A stretch of 64,000 nt of DNA from Anthoceros angustus. Lineage: Eukaryota > Plantae > Anthocerotophyta. This document shows, piece after piece, positions 48,184-60,623 of the stretch. Position numbers and translations under genes: made by a program. Location of the stretch: contig MU008165.1 in NCBI GenBank assembly GCA_010909165.1, positions 992,001 to 1,056,000 on the forward strand, in the 5' to 3' direction. The notes under the pieces are model-generated. The model saw only the letters and a list, made by a program, of their open reading frames with translations, made no database searches and was not told where the DNA came from. The stretch's first letter is position 1. Every line of letters begins with the position of its first letter.

Positions 48184-51100
48184 CGTGACCCACGGGCTTC
48201 AATTCGATCCCGCCATTCCAATTGCTCCACCATCCTCTCCTCTTCTGCACCGGAGGGAGCCTGGGAGCCTGGCCGGATTCGCTGCTGGGGGCTGGAAGCT
48301 TCATGGAAGCAGTAGCCACTTTTGTAGCTGTTTCTGTTTCTCAATCGTATTATTATCTCGGGGAGGTCGACGGGCTGGGCTTGGCTCGCAACGGAATGGA
48401 CGGATTGTCATCGCCGTTTTGATTGTAGGTACCCTTGGAGGAGTAGTGGTGGTACCGGTACAAGTCTCTCTGTCCAACATCGCCTGGGCCTGCACCATCG
48501 GCGACTCAAGGGAGGCAGGTAGACTTGTCTGAGCTTAGAGTCTCAGTTTTTTTGTGAACAGGGTAGAAGATGGAGCTGCTCGTGATGGACTCCCTTCATT
48601 GGGGGGCCTGGAGTCCGCAACTATATATACTGTCACCAGGTCCTGTAACGTCTGGCAGGACATAATTACTCATCTTATGTATACTGACATCTGTGATATC
48701 ATAGAGGGGCTGGCCATGGAATGGGAATGGAAGTTACACCTCATAGCCGACGTCCCTCGACTGAGTGCATGCGCAGCTCATGAGGCTGTGCATGTGTGCA
48801 GGCTGCCATGGGGGAGCAGTCACAGCTTGCAGGCATTGCGGAGCGCAGAGTCGGAAGGATGCATATGCTGCATTCTCTCGGGCGAAGGCCCGGAAAGGCG
48901 TCATGCAACATGTCGGCTCTGCACAATATGCAGCTGGGGGGGTGGGTGCAGTGGCATTGCAAATTTTCTTGTTTTGCAGGCACATACATATTCTTGGTCC
49001 AAGCTCAGGGCCGGATCTAGCTGGCTCACGACGTACGTGGTAGATCCGAGCTGCCGGCCCTGCTCTAGACTAGACTGAACTGAACTGCTCCAGATGCTGT
49101 GGTCAGGAGTCTAGTTCAGATTGCATGCTCTAGATAAATTTATATTCTACATCTCTACACATGTGCTACGTAGTTAAGTTTACTCAGAGGAGCTGACTGG
49201 AACTGGGGAGTGGGAGTGGGAGTGGGAGTGGGACTGAGGCCGGAGCGACAGTTTTGGGGAGTCTCGTTTTTGAGGTGTCTGGAGTCCTGTAACTGGCCTC
49301 CGGATAGGGGAGAGTGATTTTCTTTGTTCATATGACAGCACCTAGTACTTGTATTATTTTGCAAGCATAAGCGCATGCATGCCATAGCTATAGCTAGCCT
49401 AGGGATCCAGGTGTACCTGCAGTTATGAGTAGTCCGTATGTATTTCGCTCAGCAGATGAGAGTGTCCTGTCCAGAATTCCACTGCACTTCCCCCAACCGC
49501 TTGCACCCTCCCACCCGGCTGCATACATGCATGAGACTTCGCACTGTGCTGACCTCACCCTGACCCTGACCTTGACCCTGCCCTTGCCCTTGCCCTTGCC
49601 CTTGCGAATGCGAAGTGGATGACATCCATGATCATGAGATGCTGGAGGTGCTCGTTGGGCCCGGGGGATCCAGCCTCTAGCTGCTCCAAGAATTGCGCAG
49701 ACTGCATGCGCACTGTCCCGATAGATTCTCGTCTTCGGTCGCAGCCAGGCATTGAACGTTGCAGCTGTCTGTAGCAGTTGCACACCACTTCTGAGCTCCA
49801 TGTGCAGCTCCACCGACTGGAAGCTGCATCGCATGCAGTGGTTCCGCTTCCTCTTCACGCACACCCCTTGGCTACCCGTGCTGGGCGCTGGCCCAGCCCT
49901 GATCAACGAGTCTGTTTAAACTGTCGCCCAGGAAAGAATCCATCATGCTGCTGCTGAGTGGCATAATCAATGTAGCGCCACCCGAGGGCCTGGAGCGGAT
50001 ACCTCAAAGTGTGTCTCTGCTTTTCGCCCCGCCATGTTCGATTGTGGGGCACAGGTGGCAGGCAATCGATTGCTCAACGATCACCGAGCCTGCCGTGTAA
50101 CAGGCCAGAATGATCACATTGCCAATGTGCCGTGCTCCAATGCTCTGGTTGCGGGTGAAATGCAGGCGAGTAATTAATTGGAGAGCGGCCAGTGGCTGCC
50201 TGCTGCCTTCTGCTTCGCTCGCAAGCCCAGGCTCCAGCCCACCTGGTCGGCCCGAGCCCGAGCCCGCCCCAGCCCCAGCCCCAGCCCCAAGCACTTCGTT
50301 TTTCTCCAGGTCTCCTGCTGACACCCGCAAGCCGAGACGAGCTTCCACGACCACAAAGGCACAAAGGCGCTTGAGTCGCGATTTCCTGGTCAAGGCTTCC
50401 AGGTCCACGCGACCGCGCCGTATGGCACTTGCACTTGCACATACACATAACACATAAACATCACCCTTTTCAATTACCGCACCCAACTTCAAACTTCCAT
50501 CATTGAATTCAAAGCCCGACAGCGCCTCGTCCCGAGGTCAAACCTCTTTTCTAACCACTCACCTTCCTATCACACTCCCCCGCGGTGGCACTGGCGACAC
50601 CCCCATCCTTCCTCGACCCCACCAACATGCTCACCCTAAACTAGTACTTCTTTCCGGTTCGGTAATAGGTATCCACATCCACTTTCCCAACTTTACTCCC
50701 ACTAGGTTAAAATAAGTTAATTCAATTATCCAATTTTTCTACTCCTAGGTACTTTTTCATACCTAGCTAAATAGAGGGAAATGCTTGTATCATGTATGGC
50801 TTCAACAACTAATTATACCACAAGAAAAGCCAACCTTCTCATTTGTTTTTGGAACCTTAAATCTAGTGATCTACAACCCAAGTCTTTATTTTGAATATGA
50901 ATAAAACTAGATTTATATTATTTTTATTGCTAATATTTATTTCAAAAAAAATGATGCTATTCTAAATGATCACAACATATGTAACCTAAACTTAGAAGAG
51001 TTCTTGATGACATGTATTAAATATTATATTTTCAGTTATTTTTATAAAACATAAGTAACAACATAAAATACCCCAAAATCAAACTAAATTATTATGATGA

Positions 51101-52227
51101 GGATATGATATCCTAGAAAGAAGAATAATTTCAAAATAATAAAATTTTCATAATATAATTAAGGTCACAAAGCATATTCACAACATAATTTTGATTCAAG
51201 ATTATAGGATAACCTAAATAGGATCATAGTCAAAAACTAGAAATTTAGTTTATGATATCATGGTTTAATCATTAAAATAAAAGGATTATAGGCAATAGGA
51301 TGATGTAATGAAAAAATATTAATGATGAAATATTAATTACTCATTGAAAGACATTCATTCCTTGTGATATAGAACATTGAACATATGAAGTAGTACGGAG
51401 TATTGCTCTCTTGAAATTGTAGTGTTCTTTAATTTAGATCATAAATTTGATGTATTATATTTTAAAATTAAAAGAATGAGATCAAAATTAATAATCTATC
51501 AAGAAATAAAATGTGATATAGAAAAATATTGTAAGATGGTTTGTTTTTAGTGACACAATGTTGTAAGATGATTTGTACATATAGCTTATCATAATCCTTA
51601 AACTTTGAATTGAATAAAAACTAAATACTAGTATGCCATAGATAATTTCATAGGTAAGGATAGTTGTGTGTGAGAACTAGGTTGATACTGTATCTTAGAA
51701 TTCCAACTTATGTAATAGGTTTAATATATTTTATAATTTATTGATTTTTTTAAATATAACTGCACGTTGTCCCAAAACTTGTTGTGTTTTGAAGAGGGGA
51801 CAATTGTCAGTTATGACTCCACTAAACGGTTAAACTGCAACCAACGCTAGCTTGTCTTTTGGTCTTTTGGTCTCCAACTGCTTTCATGTTGTCCATAATT
51901 GTCACTTGGCTAGACGTGCCTTTTTGCCAGTTACCCCTTCCTCTTCCCATACTTCTCTTCTAGCCTCAAACATGCATGAGCTCAAAGCTCAATTTTGGTC
52001 AACTTGCATCACTTGATAGTACTAGCTTGACTATCAGCTGCTGAAGGAAGTGACAAACTTATTTAATTAGTGTGTGGCATTACTATCATGAATCTTGTGG
52101 CAATTTATGGAGAGCCTTTTTGCTCGTCTATGGTGCGAATATAGTAGTAGATTTTAGTTGATTTATATTAGATTTAGTTACCCAAATCAATGCATGCAAT
52201 TTCTACCAGCATTAGTGAGCTGGTTTC

Positions 52228-55200
52228 ATGGTAGTAGCCATGAGAAGAAGAAGTTGTCCTTGGAGTTGCATTCTACTTGTTGCCTTGTTCCTTCAAATAT
52301 TTCTGACCAATGGAGGTAAGAGTTCTCTTCACTAAATCACCTAGCTTAGCGCAATATTGAATGTGAGCTTCAATAACACAAGCAATCACCATGATTGAGC
52401 AGTTCAAGCTCTTACAAAAGGGACTTCTAGTTTTTCCATCAGCTCTGAAGATGATCAGGTACTTCAACTACATGAGAAAAATCTATTCGTAAAGTTCATG
52501 TTGTTATTTCAAAATTGATCTCAAAAAGTGGTACAAATGATATATTTCAGTTCAACTTCATCAATGGAGAAACAACAAGATACCCACAATATCCAGTAGA
52601 TGACTCTGGAACATATCCCGATGATTTACAGAATTGGCGAAATGCTGGTGCTAATGCTATCACATTCAATCATATGCGCCACCTTCTTCAAGGTATATTT
52701 CAAACTCATCTATGTATCCATATTCTCGAGACATGTTATCATATGCAATTTGCTAATTGTATTCTTTTCTATTGCTCTTGAGAACTAGTTTGAGAAATAG
52801 AAAAACGCATTCTTTCCTGTTGCTCTTGGAAACTAGTTCGAGTCTTGTTGCTCTTGGAAACTAGTTCGAGTAATGTAATCGCATCTGAGTAATGTAATGG
52901 CGTGTGAGCTGGTAAGCTCGTTCTTTTTTGTTGTGGTAAGCTCATTCTTTTTTGTTGCTCTTGGTTCCTCAGAACCACCAGGAGTAGTACAAGTTTCTGA
53001 TGCTATATCACTAGTTCAAGCACTACTGGATAAAAGTCCCCAGATCTACATCAATCAAAATATAGATATTGCTGGTAAGTGTTTCAACCCATACCAAGCA
53101 AGAAGAGAATTTCCAAATATGCCTGGTTGGAAATGTGTCACTTTTGTTTGTATGTGGATGCAATCTATTTTCAGTCTGACTATTTGTAAGCTTTGCAACC
53201 GGAACTGTCTTGATGTGGATTGGTGCAAACCGGTTGCGGTTGCAGGGGCAGCTCCTCTTCCTGATGTCACCAGCCAGATCACCATCACAGGAGTTTGTGT
53301 CGGTAACCCATGCAAGATCGATGCTGGGGGCACGGCCCAAATCTTTCTGGTTGGCATCAGCGGTTACCTCGTTCTCAAGGACCTGGAGATCACGGGAGGC
53401 CAGTGCAGCTCGGGTGCAGCCATCACTGTCTCAGGCACAGGCACAAGCACTGCTGGCACAGGGGGCAAACTTGTGTCCATCAATGTCAAGTTCTCAAACA
53501 ACACTGCCTCGGTACATAGTTATCCACCTCTGCCATAGAGCATCTCATTAGTCAGCAAAACACTTGCCTTATTAACCCGGTTTGCCTGAGCAGGAACGTG
53601 GAGGAGCTATCAACATCCAAGCTGGTGGCTCTGCTTACTTCCAAAACAGTGTCTTCTCGCAGAATAGGGTGAGTTCCACAAGCTCTTGTCTGATGCTCAG
53701 GTTGCTACTGAGTTTGTTGTGTTGAAACCCGAGACTGTGTACAGGCCATGAAAGGAGGCTCCGTGTACATAGGAGGCTCCGTGTACATAGGAGACTCCAG
53801 TGAGACATCCTCTGAGCGAGAAGCATACCCTGAGCAAGACGGGTGCGGATTCACCAGTTGTGCCACCTTCGTCAATACTGGATTCTCTGATGGTTGGGCA
53901 GACATGGGAGGTGCAGTCTATGTCGATGACTCTGCCCATACCTGTGCTCCCTCTGGAGGCGGCAGAATTGACTGTTCCACCTGCAGCTTCCGGAACAACC
54001 GAGCCACGGTTAGTCCTGGCACCCACTCTGCTCTGACATCACCTTCAGAGTCCAAAATTTGATTCCAGCATTGCCTAGTTCCCAGGAGCACAAGTAACCC
54101 AAGCTGTGATTGTCAGACATATGGTGGTGCTGTTCTTCTGGCATGGGAAGCAAGTGGCGCTGTGGGCTCCTTCAAGTGGAGTGCTTTTCACAACAACACA
54201 GCTGGGGTATGGTGTGCTTGCATCTTGCACCTTGCTCCTTGTGGTTGGTGTCCTCCCAAGGTTGTTGGTGTCCTCTGGCTGACAGCTTTAGATACACTCT
54301 CACTTGTGCTTCAGGAAGCTGGTGGGGATATCGCCACGCAGCCCGGCCAAGCAGGCAGCCCAGGAGTGCAGCTTTATGTCTATGCAACCGAGTTCAGTGA
54401 TAGCACTGCTCCGGTAGAATTCAATCCCTGCAAAATCCTAAGCAAACACTGTGTAAATGCACATCACGGTCGGCTCCCGCCGTTAAACAAATTCCTTCCT
54501 TGGCCCCCGTTTGCAACTACTGCTCAGTTCTCCGAAAATACTAGTCACATACCTGAAGTCCCACAGCTGGACTAAGCTGTGCACACTGACTGACGTTGTG
54601 AGCTCACTTGTTTGGCTGGGCAGTACGGAGAAGCAGTGGCAGTAGCACAGTTTGCAAATGCTTCTTTTTCAAATTCTGCATTCCGAGAATCTGCGGTATT
54701 GACCGTCTCGCGTCATGCATTCTATATACTATATGCTGTACACACCAAAGGCAGTTCAGTGTCACACGCATGCATTCACCGCACTCATCCTACTGGCTCA
54801 GAAGAATCCTGACTTTGTATAATCATCCTTATGGAAGGGATCGTACTCGGTGCTGTGTGAAGGAACCTGCAACTTCTGTCCGTCACAATCGTCGTCAGCA
54901 CAGGCAAGAAACCTTTCAGAAATAATTTTGCATGTGAACAGTCAGTCTTGATGATGGCTCTGACATCTGTCTCCACGCTACAACTCCAGGTTAGCGTTCA
55001 AGGAAATGGAAACAAGCTTGTGACTACAGGTACGTGAAGGAAGCATCTCCACACATCCTCGTAAGTGTAACATAAGATTGACCAAGCCATAGCCATACTG
55101 AAGATCCCTCTCGTCTCTGCAGGCACATGTCCCTTGCCGCCAGAATCTCTGTGTGGATGGTTACCCCCAGAATGTGCAACTCCACCACCACCTCCTCCAA

Positions 55201-56858
55201 GCAGCCCCCCACCACCAAGTCCTCCACCTCCGAGTCCTCCTCCACCATCCCACCTCCCCAAATTCTCCCCTCCTCCAAGCCCACCTCCACCGCCACCACC
55301 AGCCCCACCTCCACCCTCTCCTTCCCCACCACCACCACCACCACCACCACCAAGCCCACCTCCACCCTCTCCTTCCCCACCACCCCAAGCCCACCTCCAC
55401 CCTCACCACCACCACCAAGCCCACCTCCACCCTCACCACCACCACCAAGCCCACCTCCACCTCCCCCACCACCGTCATCCTCTCCCCTCCTCCCAGTTCT
55501 CCACCTCCCCAATTCCCCACCACCACCCTCTCCTCCACCACCCCGTCACCTCCACCGCCACCCTCACCTCCACCACCACCCTCACCTCCACCACCACCCT
55601 CACCTCCTCCACCACCCTCACCTCCTCCACCACCATCACCTCCTCCACCACATTCCCCTCCACCACCACGACATTCTCACCCCCCACCTGCTGCATCGCC
55701 GCCACCTCCTAAGAAGAAACCTGCCAAGTCACCACCTCCACCCAACGGTGCCACTGAGAGTGCACCACCAGCCCCGCCCCCGCCTACTGGAATAACAGGG
55801 GATCCCCATTTCTATGGCAACCACGGAGAGAGGTTTGATTTCCATGGCAGGGCCAATCACGACTACTGCATTGTCTCCGACAAAAATGTGCATATCAACA
55901 TGCACGTATTCCGTGGAAGGCGAAGGGGAGCCACAGTGAGTACATCCCCATGTCTCTCATACTTGCTCTGCTCGGGACCCTGCACCAACAGTTTCCCATC
56001 TAAGCTGGGAGCTCCCACCTCTCGTTTCCTCTCAATTGTGCGCAGTTCATCTCCAAGGTCGGTATCCTGTACAAGGACCTTGAGATACTGGTAGATGCAC
56101 AAGCTCAGCCCAACGAACCTCTGCTGGAGAACCAATGGACCGTGGAAATCGACGACGTAAGATTCCCAGGAGCCGAAAAACTAACAAGCTGTTTACTCCT
56201 CCTCAGGACTTGGCCACGACAGACTCTGACTACCAGCTGGTGTGCAGGCTCTGTACAAAGACAATACCTTCAACATGACGAGAAGTGGTGCCATTATAGC
56301 ACGTTCTCCCAAGGCAGTTAATGTGAAGGTGGAAGGAGAGCTGGACATCAAAATTCAGATCGCCCCTGCCACCTCTGGGAGTCATGCTTCTGGAGGCAAC
56401 TATGTGAGCTGAACTTCCTTGGCAGATTCTTCAAGTCTGATACACTCGTACCTTGTAACTCACTGACATCTTCTCTCCACATGGTGGCCATCCAGATCAA
56501 TGTTGCTATCCTGCAGCTGAAGGTTTCCCCAGCAGTGCATGGTGTGCTCGGTATGCTCCACAACCAAGGCCTTGGAAGACAAACTACAATACCACACGCT
56601 GCTTGCGATATGTGAAGAGCCGTTCGTCTCTGACACTTCCTGTCGTGGTGTTGATGTCCAGGCCAAACCTTCCGAGAGAATGCTAGACGGTTTGAGAAGG
56701 TCTATGATGCCAAGCACATGAAAGGTCAAAAAGAGAAGAAGGCAACCTTGGTGGATGGAGAAGACGAAGACTACGCAACGAGTGGCATCATGGCTGCTGA
56801 CTGCAAATTTGCAGCATTTGATATGGTAAGCGCTAGAACCGGGTCTCGCCCAATCTAG
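52228..56858 (+). CDS. Secreted chimeric extensin: signal peptide, GGA(I/V)/FxxN beta-helix repeats, Ser-Pro stalk, GDPH/root-cap domain (multi-exon)
   Basis: Spliced by eye: MVVAMRRRSCPWSCILLVALFLQIFLTNG; RHLLQ; FSNNTAS|ERGGAINI...FSQNR|AMKGGSVYI; MGGAVYV...FRNNRAT|TYGGAVLL...FHNNTAG|EAGGDI; SPPPP repeats ~55170-55790; GDPHFYGNHGERFDFHG...YCIVSDKNVHINMH; VHGVLG|QTF...DGEDEDYATSGIMAADCKFAAF. The 3' end is uncertain, and the Pro-rich part contains frameshifts. Confidence 0.82.
55178..55786 (+). repeat. Extensin-type Ser-Pro(n) coding repeat
   Basis: CCACCACCA/CCTCCA low-complexity repeats translating to SPPPP and SPPPPP units across three frames. Confidence 0.9.
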
Positions 56859-57264
56859 CTCCGTCTTGCTCACAGTCGCACCTTCACCAACTACTGCTGA
56901 TTTATCCGCAGAGCCAGAAGACATCAGGGAGTCGGGTTGATAGGGCCCTCTTCGAAAGAGCTCGCGACCTGTTTGCTTCTTGGACCAAAGCCGCGGATGT
57001 GTTTGAGGTCGTGAGCGGATGCTCCGGCTTTGGAGACACAGTATACCTGTGTTTGAACCAGTAGGTGGGGCAGTGCTGGAGAAATCAATGGCAGAGTGGA
57101 GTGTTAGACAGTTCTGCCCTTCAGATTGACTCGAGCACAAGCATTACAGATTGGATTTGTAGATTAGACATGGTGTACCATAAAGTGGGCGCAAGAGATT
57201 TCCGTCACCAGGTCTCAGCTTAGCAATTTGCAACAAGTTGTTCGACTGTGATCAATGTTATCTG

Positions 57265-58935
57265 CTAGACTTGAGGAATTGAGCATGAGATCCGGACATT
57301 TTGTTTCTCACAATCGGGATGTGTCTGTATGTGTTGGAACGTGATGAGCTTGCAACTGCTAGTTTTGATATCCTCAAGCTCGTCAGCAGAGTCAGAGCTT
57401 AGCTCAATCAGGCTTTCTTTCCGTGCTGATAGATCTTGAGCACGATGTGCTTGCAAAACCCAGTCAGTGTGTATGACGGCGGAGACTGTCATGATCGCAC
57501 AGGTAGCCACAGCAGCCAAGAGACCAAGCCACAGCCCCAGCAGCCCTAGCTTAAATCCGAAAGCCAGAATCACTCCCACCGGGATGCCCACAAGGTAGAA
57601 AGCACCACCATTGACATAGGCCCCCATGGAGGGTCTGGCACTGCCCTTCAGCACGCCACAACATACAGTCTGAGGGAAGTTGCCCAGCTCCATGAGGCCC
57701 ATAATGGGCAGAATTTCAGCAACCTCGATCAGAATTTGGTTGTCAGAAGTGAAGAGCTTGCCCCAGCTGGAGCGGGCAGCAATCAGAAAAATCGCACCGA
57801 TGCAAGCAAATGCGATGCTCAGACCAAGAGTAGCCAGTGATGCATGATAAGCACCCAATGGACGATTAGCACCCAACTCATTGCCAACCCGAGTGCAAGC
57901 ACAGGCTGCCAGAGATACCTGCATCGCGTAGAACAGGGTGTCTCCATTCAACACAATGGCCATGGTGGCAACAGCCTCCTTGGCATTAGGCAGAAACACG
58001 GTGAGCAGAGTGAAGATTTCATAGCACCACCACTCCAAGCAAGTCATGAGACAGGAAGGTATTGCCAACTTCATCAGTGGGGCCCACTCCCTGAAGCTCT
58101 CTCGAGACCACGGGGTCCAAGATAACCGAACAACGCCCGACCTCACCATGTAGGCCAAAAACATGAGAATGAGAATGAAGTCCGTGAAGCAGCATGCTAA
58201 TGCGGTGCCTGGGGCTCCTAACCGAAATGGACCAAACACAAAGAGGTAGTTCACGGGTATGTTCAGCAACATGGCCACAGCCGTGATGATCATCATAGGC
58301 TTGGTGATGCACTGCGATCTCAAGTATATCCTAATGGGTGCTAGCAAAGACGTGGCCACAAGGTCTGGAAGCAGATATTTCAGATACGTCTTGGCGACAC
58401 TGGCTATGGCAGCATCCTGGCGGAAAAAGAGAAGAACTTCCTCTATGCTCAGCCAACTAATACCAACCGGGATACTTGTGAGCAGAAGCACGAGGATCCC
58501 CCGTTGCAGAGTCAGACCCATGTGCTTGTAACAACGAGCCCCATAGGCTTGGCTGCAAAGGGGCTCCATCCCTCCTGACAGCCCATTCAGAATAGAGAAG
58601 CCAGTGACGTTGGCATAGGTGAGAGCAAGTGTGCCACCAGCTAGCTCCAGGTCCCCGAGGCGGCCCAAATACAACGTGGACACAATGGAGCGGGAGAAAT
58701 AGAGCACATTCATGGCTGCTATGGAGGTTCCAATCTTCCTCTGTGTATCCAGCTCCAAAATTATCTGCTTCATGGTGGGCCATCTCTGAAGTGCATCTTC
58801 CACGTCCTCCAGCTCCCCAACTCCTGATGCTTTCGGGGCTTCAGCCGAAGAAACATTCAACAGAGCAGCTCGTGCATCATCAGGATCATCTTCGTCTGCT
58901 TCATAAGAGTCTGCCATGTTGGCTGCTGCACACAT
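57265..58935 (-). CDS. Intronless MATE/DTX efflux transporter
   Basis: 556-aa ORF with LGRLGDLELAGGTLALTYANVTGFSILNGLSGGMEPLCSQAYGA, LAIPSCLMTCLEWWCYEI, TRVGNELGANRP and GNFPQTVCCGVLKGSARP. These motifs and the lack of introns fit the plant DTX47-56-like clade. The true start may be 58917 (MADSYE). Confidence 0.95.
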   Translation of the reverse strand: MCAAANMADSYEADEDDPDDARAALLNVSSAEAPKASGVGELEDVEDALQRWPTMKQIILELDTQRKIGTSIAAMNVLYFSRSIVSTLYLGRLGDLELAGGTLALTYANVTGFSILNGLSGGMEPLCSQAYGARCYKHMGLTLQRGILVLLLTSIPVGISWLSIEEVLLFFRQDAAIASVAKTYLKYLLPDLVATSLLAPIRIYLRSQCITKPMMIITAVAMLLNIPVNYLFVFGPFRLGAPGTALACCFTDFILILMFLAYMVRSGVVRLSWTPWSRESFREWAPLMKLAIPSCLMTCLEWWCYEIFTLLTVFLPNAKEAVATMAIVLNGDTLFYAMQVSLAACACTRVGNELGANRPLGAYHASLATLGLSIAFACIGAIFLIAARSSWGKLFTSDNQILIEVAEILPIMGLMELGNFPQTVCCGVLKGSARPSMGAYVNGGAFYLVGIPVGVILAFGFKLGLLGLWLGLLAAVATCAIMTVSAVIHTDWVLQAHRAQDLSARKESLIELSSDSADELEDIKTSSCKLITFQHIQTHPDCEKQNVRISCSIPQV

Positions 58936-60623
58936 CTAGGTGCCGTTACGCACAAAGTTTGCTGCTTTCTTCTTTCTCAAGGCCTGCGTTTCCACAATGC
59001 AACCCACTGGAGTCACAAATCCACAATCTTCTCTGCATATCGCGCGATTAGCATACAACTTGATCAGAGAGTGTGTATTAGGTTGAACACCTTTTCTGCC
59101 AAGAGTTGCTCCCCAAAGCAAAATCAATACGGTCCCAAACTTGCTCTTGGTACGAGGCGTGCCTACTTCATGCTCCACTCTGCATAAGAAGATGAGTGAT
59201 AATGTCGTCCACGTTCAAGCCTGCGTGTGATCTGAGGAGCCTGCCATTTTGCTACCAGGCTATATGAGGGCCAGAGCAGGGAGAGCCCATTGGCCCAATG
59301 GAATCCCCGTAGACCTCTGCATGAAAGTGTGATGGAGAATCTTGATGCTCACTGGCGGAGATGGGTTTGGACACATTCCCTGAGAGTACAGAGCAGCGAT
59401 GGGAGAGGAATGGCTGGTGCCTGGTTCAGCCCACGCAGCTATGGGCGACAGCAATGGACACACAACTGATCCATTGCAAGCCATGCCTGGGTTCTATACG
59501 ACGGGCTGGCACGACAAACGCATCGTCTACTAGAGCACAGCATTTCCGTGATCACCTTTTCCATTGAGAGCGACCAGGTGCCGGCAGCATCGTCTGGAAA
59601 CCAAGACGAAGGCCCTTGTTGATGACCGGTGCCTGCCGGCAGGTGAAGCCGCTGCTGCTGCAGCAGCACGGGGCGCGTGACGCGAGCGGGCACACCATCA
59701 TTCCGACAAGACAAGGCAACAAAGACAAACCGAGACAGGACAACCCCTCGTGGGGCTCTCTCCCACCTTTACAGGAACCTCCGTGTAAGTTGCAACCAAC
59801 TCCCGTGCATCAACCGGGTTGAAGGTCCTCCGTCGGGCTCGCCCACAATTTTGGGCCGTCGTGACGTGTCTGTGCTTGTGCCTCTGCCTGGTAGGCCGTG
59901 CGGGACATGCATGCTATGCTTCCGGGCCAACCAAGCCCAGCTCACGATTGGAGGAGGAAAGTAGGGCATCCACGCCCCGCGTTCCGTCCGGGAGACGAGG
60001 TCGAATTGCTGGCCAGGCCTTTGGGCATGTTGGCTCCCACCTGGGCCGGTTGGATTGCAACTGTTTCTTGGTATCGGGAATTTGAAATCCTGCCTCTGCT
60101 GCCTGCTCTGTCAACGTTTGCTTGCCTGCATGATGGGATATTCCATCACCGTTTCCCACACCATACATCGGCCTCAATTCAAACGTCGTACTGCTCTGGC
60201 TTGATTCACGGAGATGCAAGCTGCTGCGATTGATACTCGTCTGACATCCAAACCATTCTTTCTGCATTGCTGGATGGCAATCGACAAAAGGCTCTGACAA
60301 CTCATTTTGCATGTGTGAGACAGTGGCAGGTGAAGACATCTCTGTGTGCCGGCAACATGAAATGCTTTCACCGGACGTTGCCTGGCCCCTTCCTTGATCT
60401 TGATGATTCATGCACGCAGAATGACATGCATTGATGTGGGTCTTACTCCTCGGATTTGCAGCCTCTCTGCGTTCCTACGTTCACTTGATTATTATTATTC
60501 AGTTCAGAGATGTTCAGAGGCTGTATCAGCTAAATCGCACTGGTGTCTGAGTAGCTTGTCAACAGTGTTGTTTTCACGTCCTTTGGCCCTGGGTTTCATT
60601 AGTTACAGGTACTCGGTGTGCAG

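Noticed and set aside
47101-48319. Antisense ORFs over AHL (159 and 392 aa)
   Set aside because: Shadow ORFs caused by high GC and low-complexity coding sequence.
46946-48532. 528-aa AHL ORF as given in the track
   Set aside because: It starts at a non-ATG codon upstream of a likely splice acceptor and reads past a frameshift; 47132-48183 fits the family better.
55127-55795. His-rich and Thr-rich ORFs overlapping the extensin repeat
   Set aside because: Alternative frames of CCA repeats; the Pro frame is the one continuous with the flanking domains.
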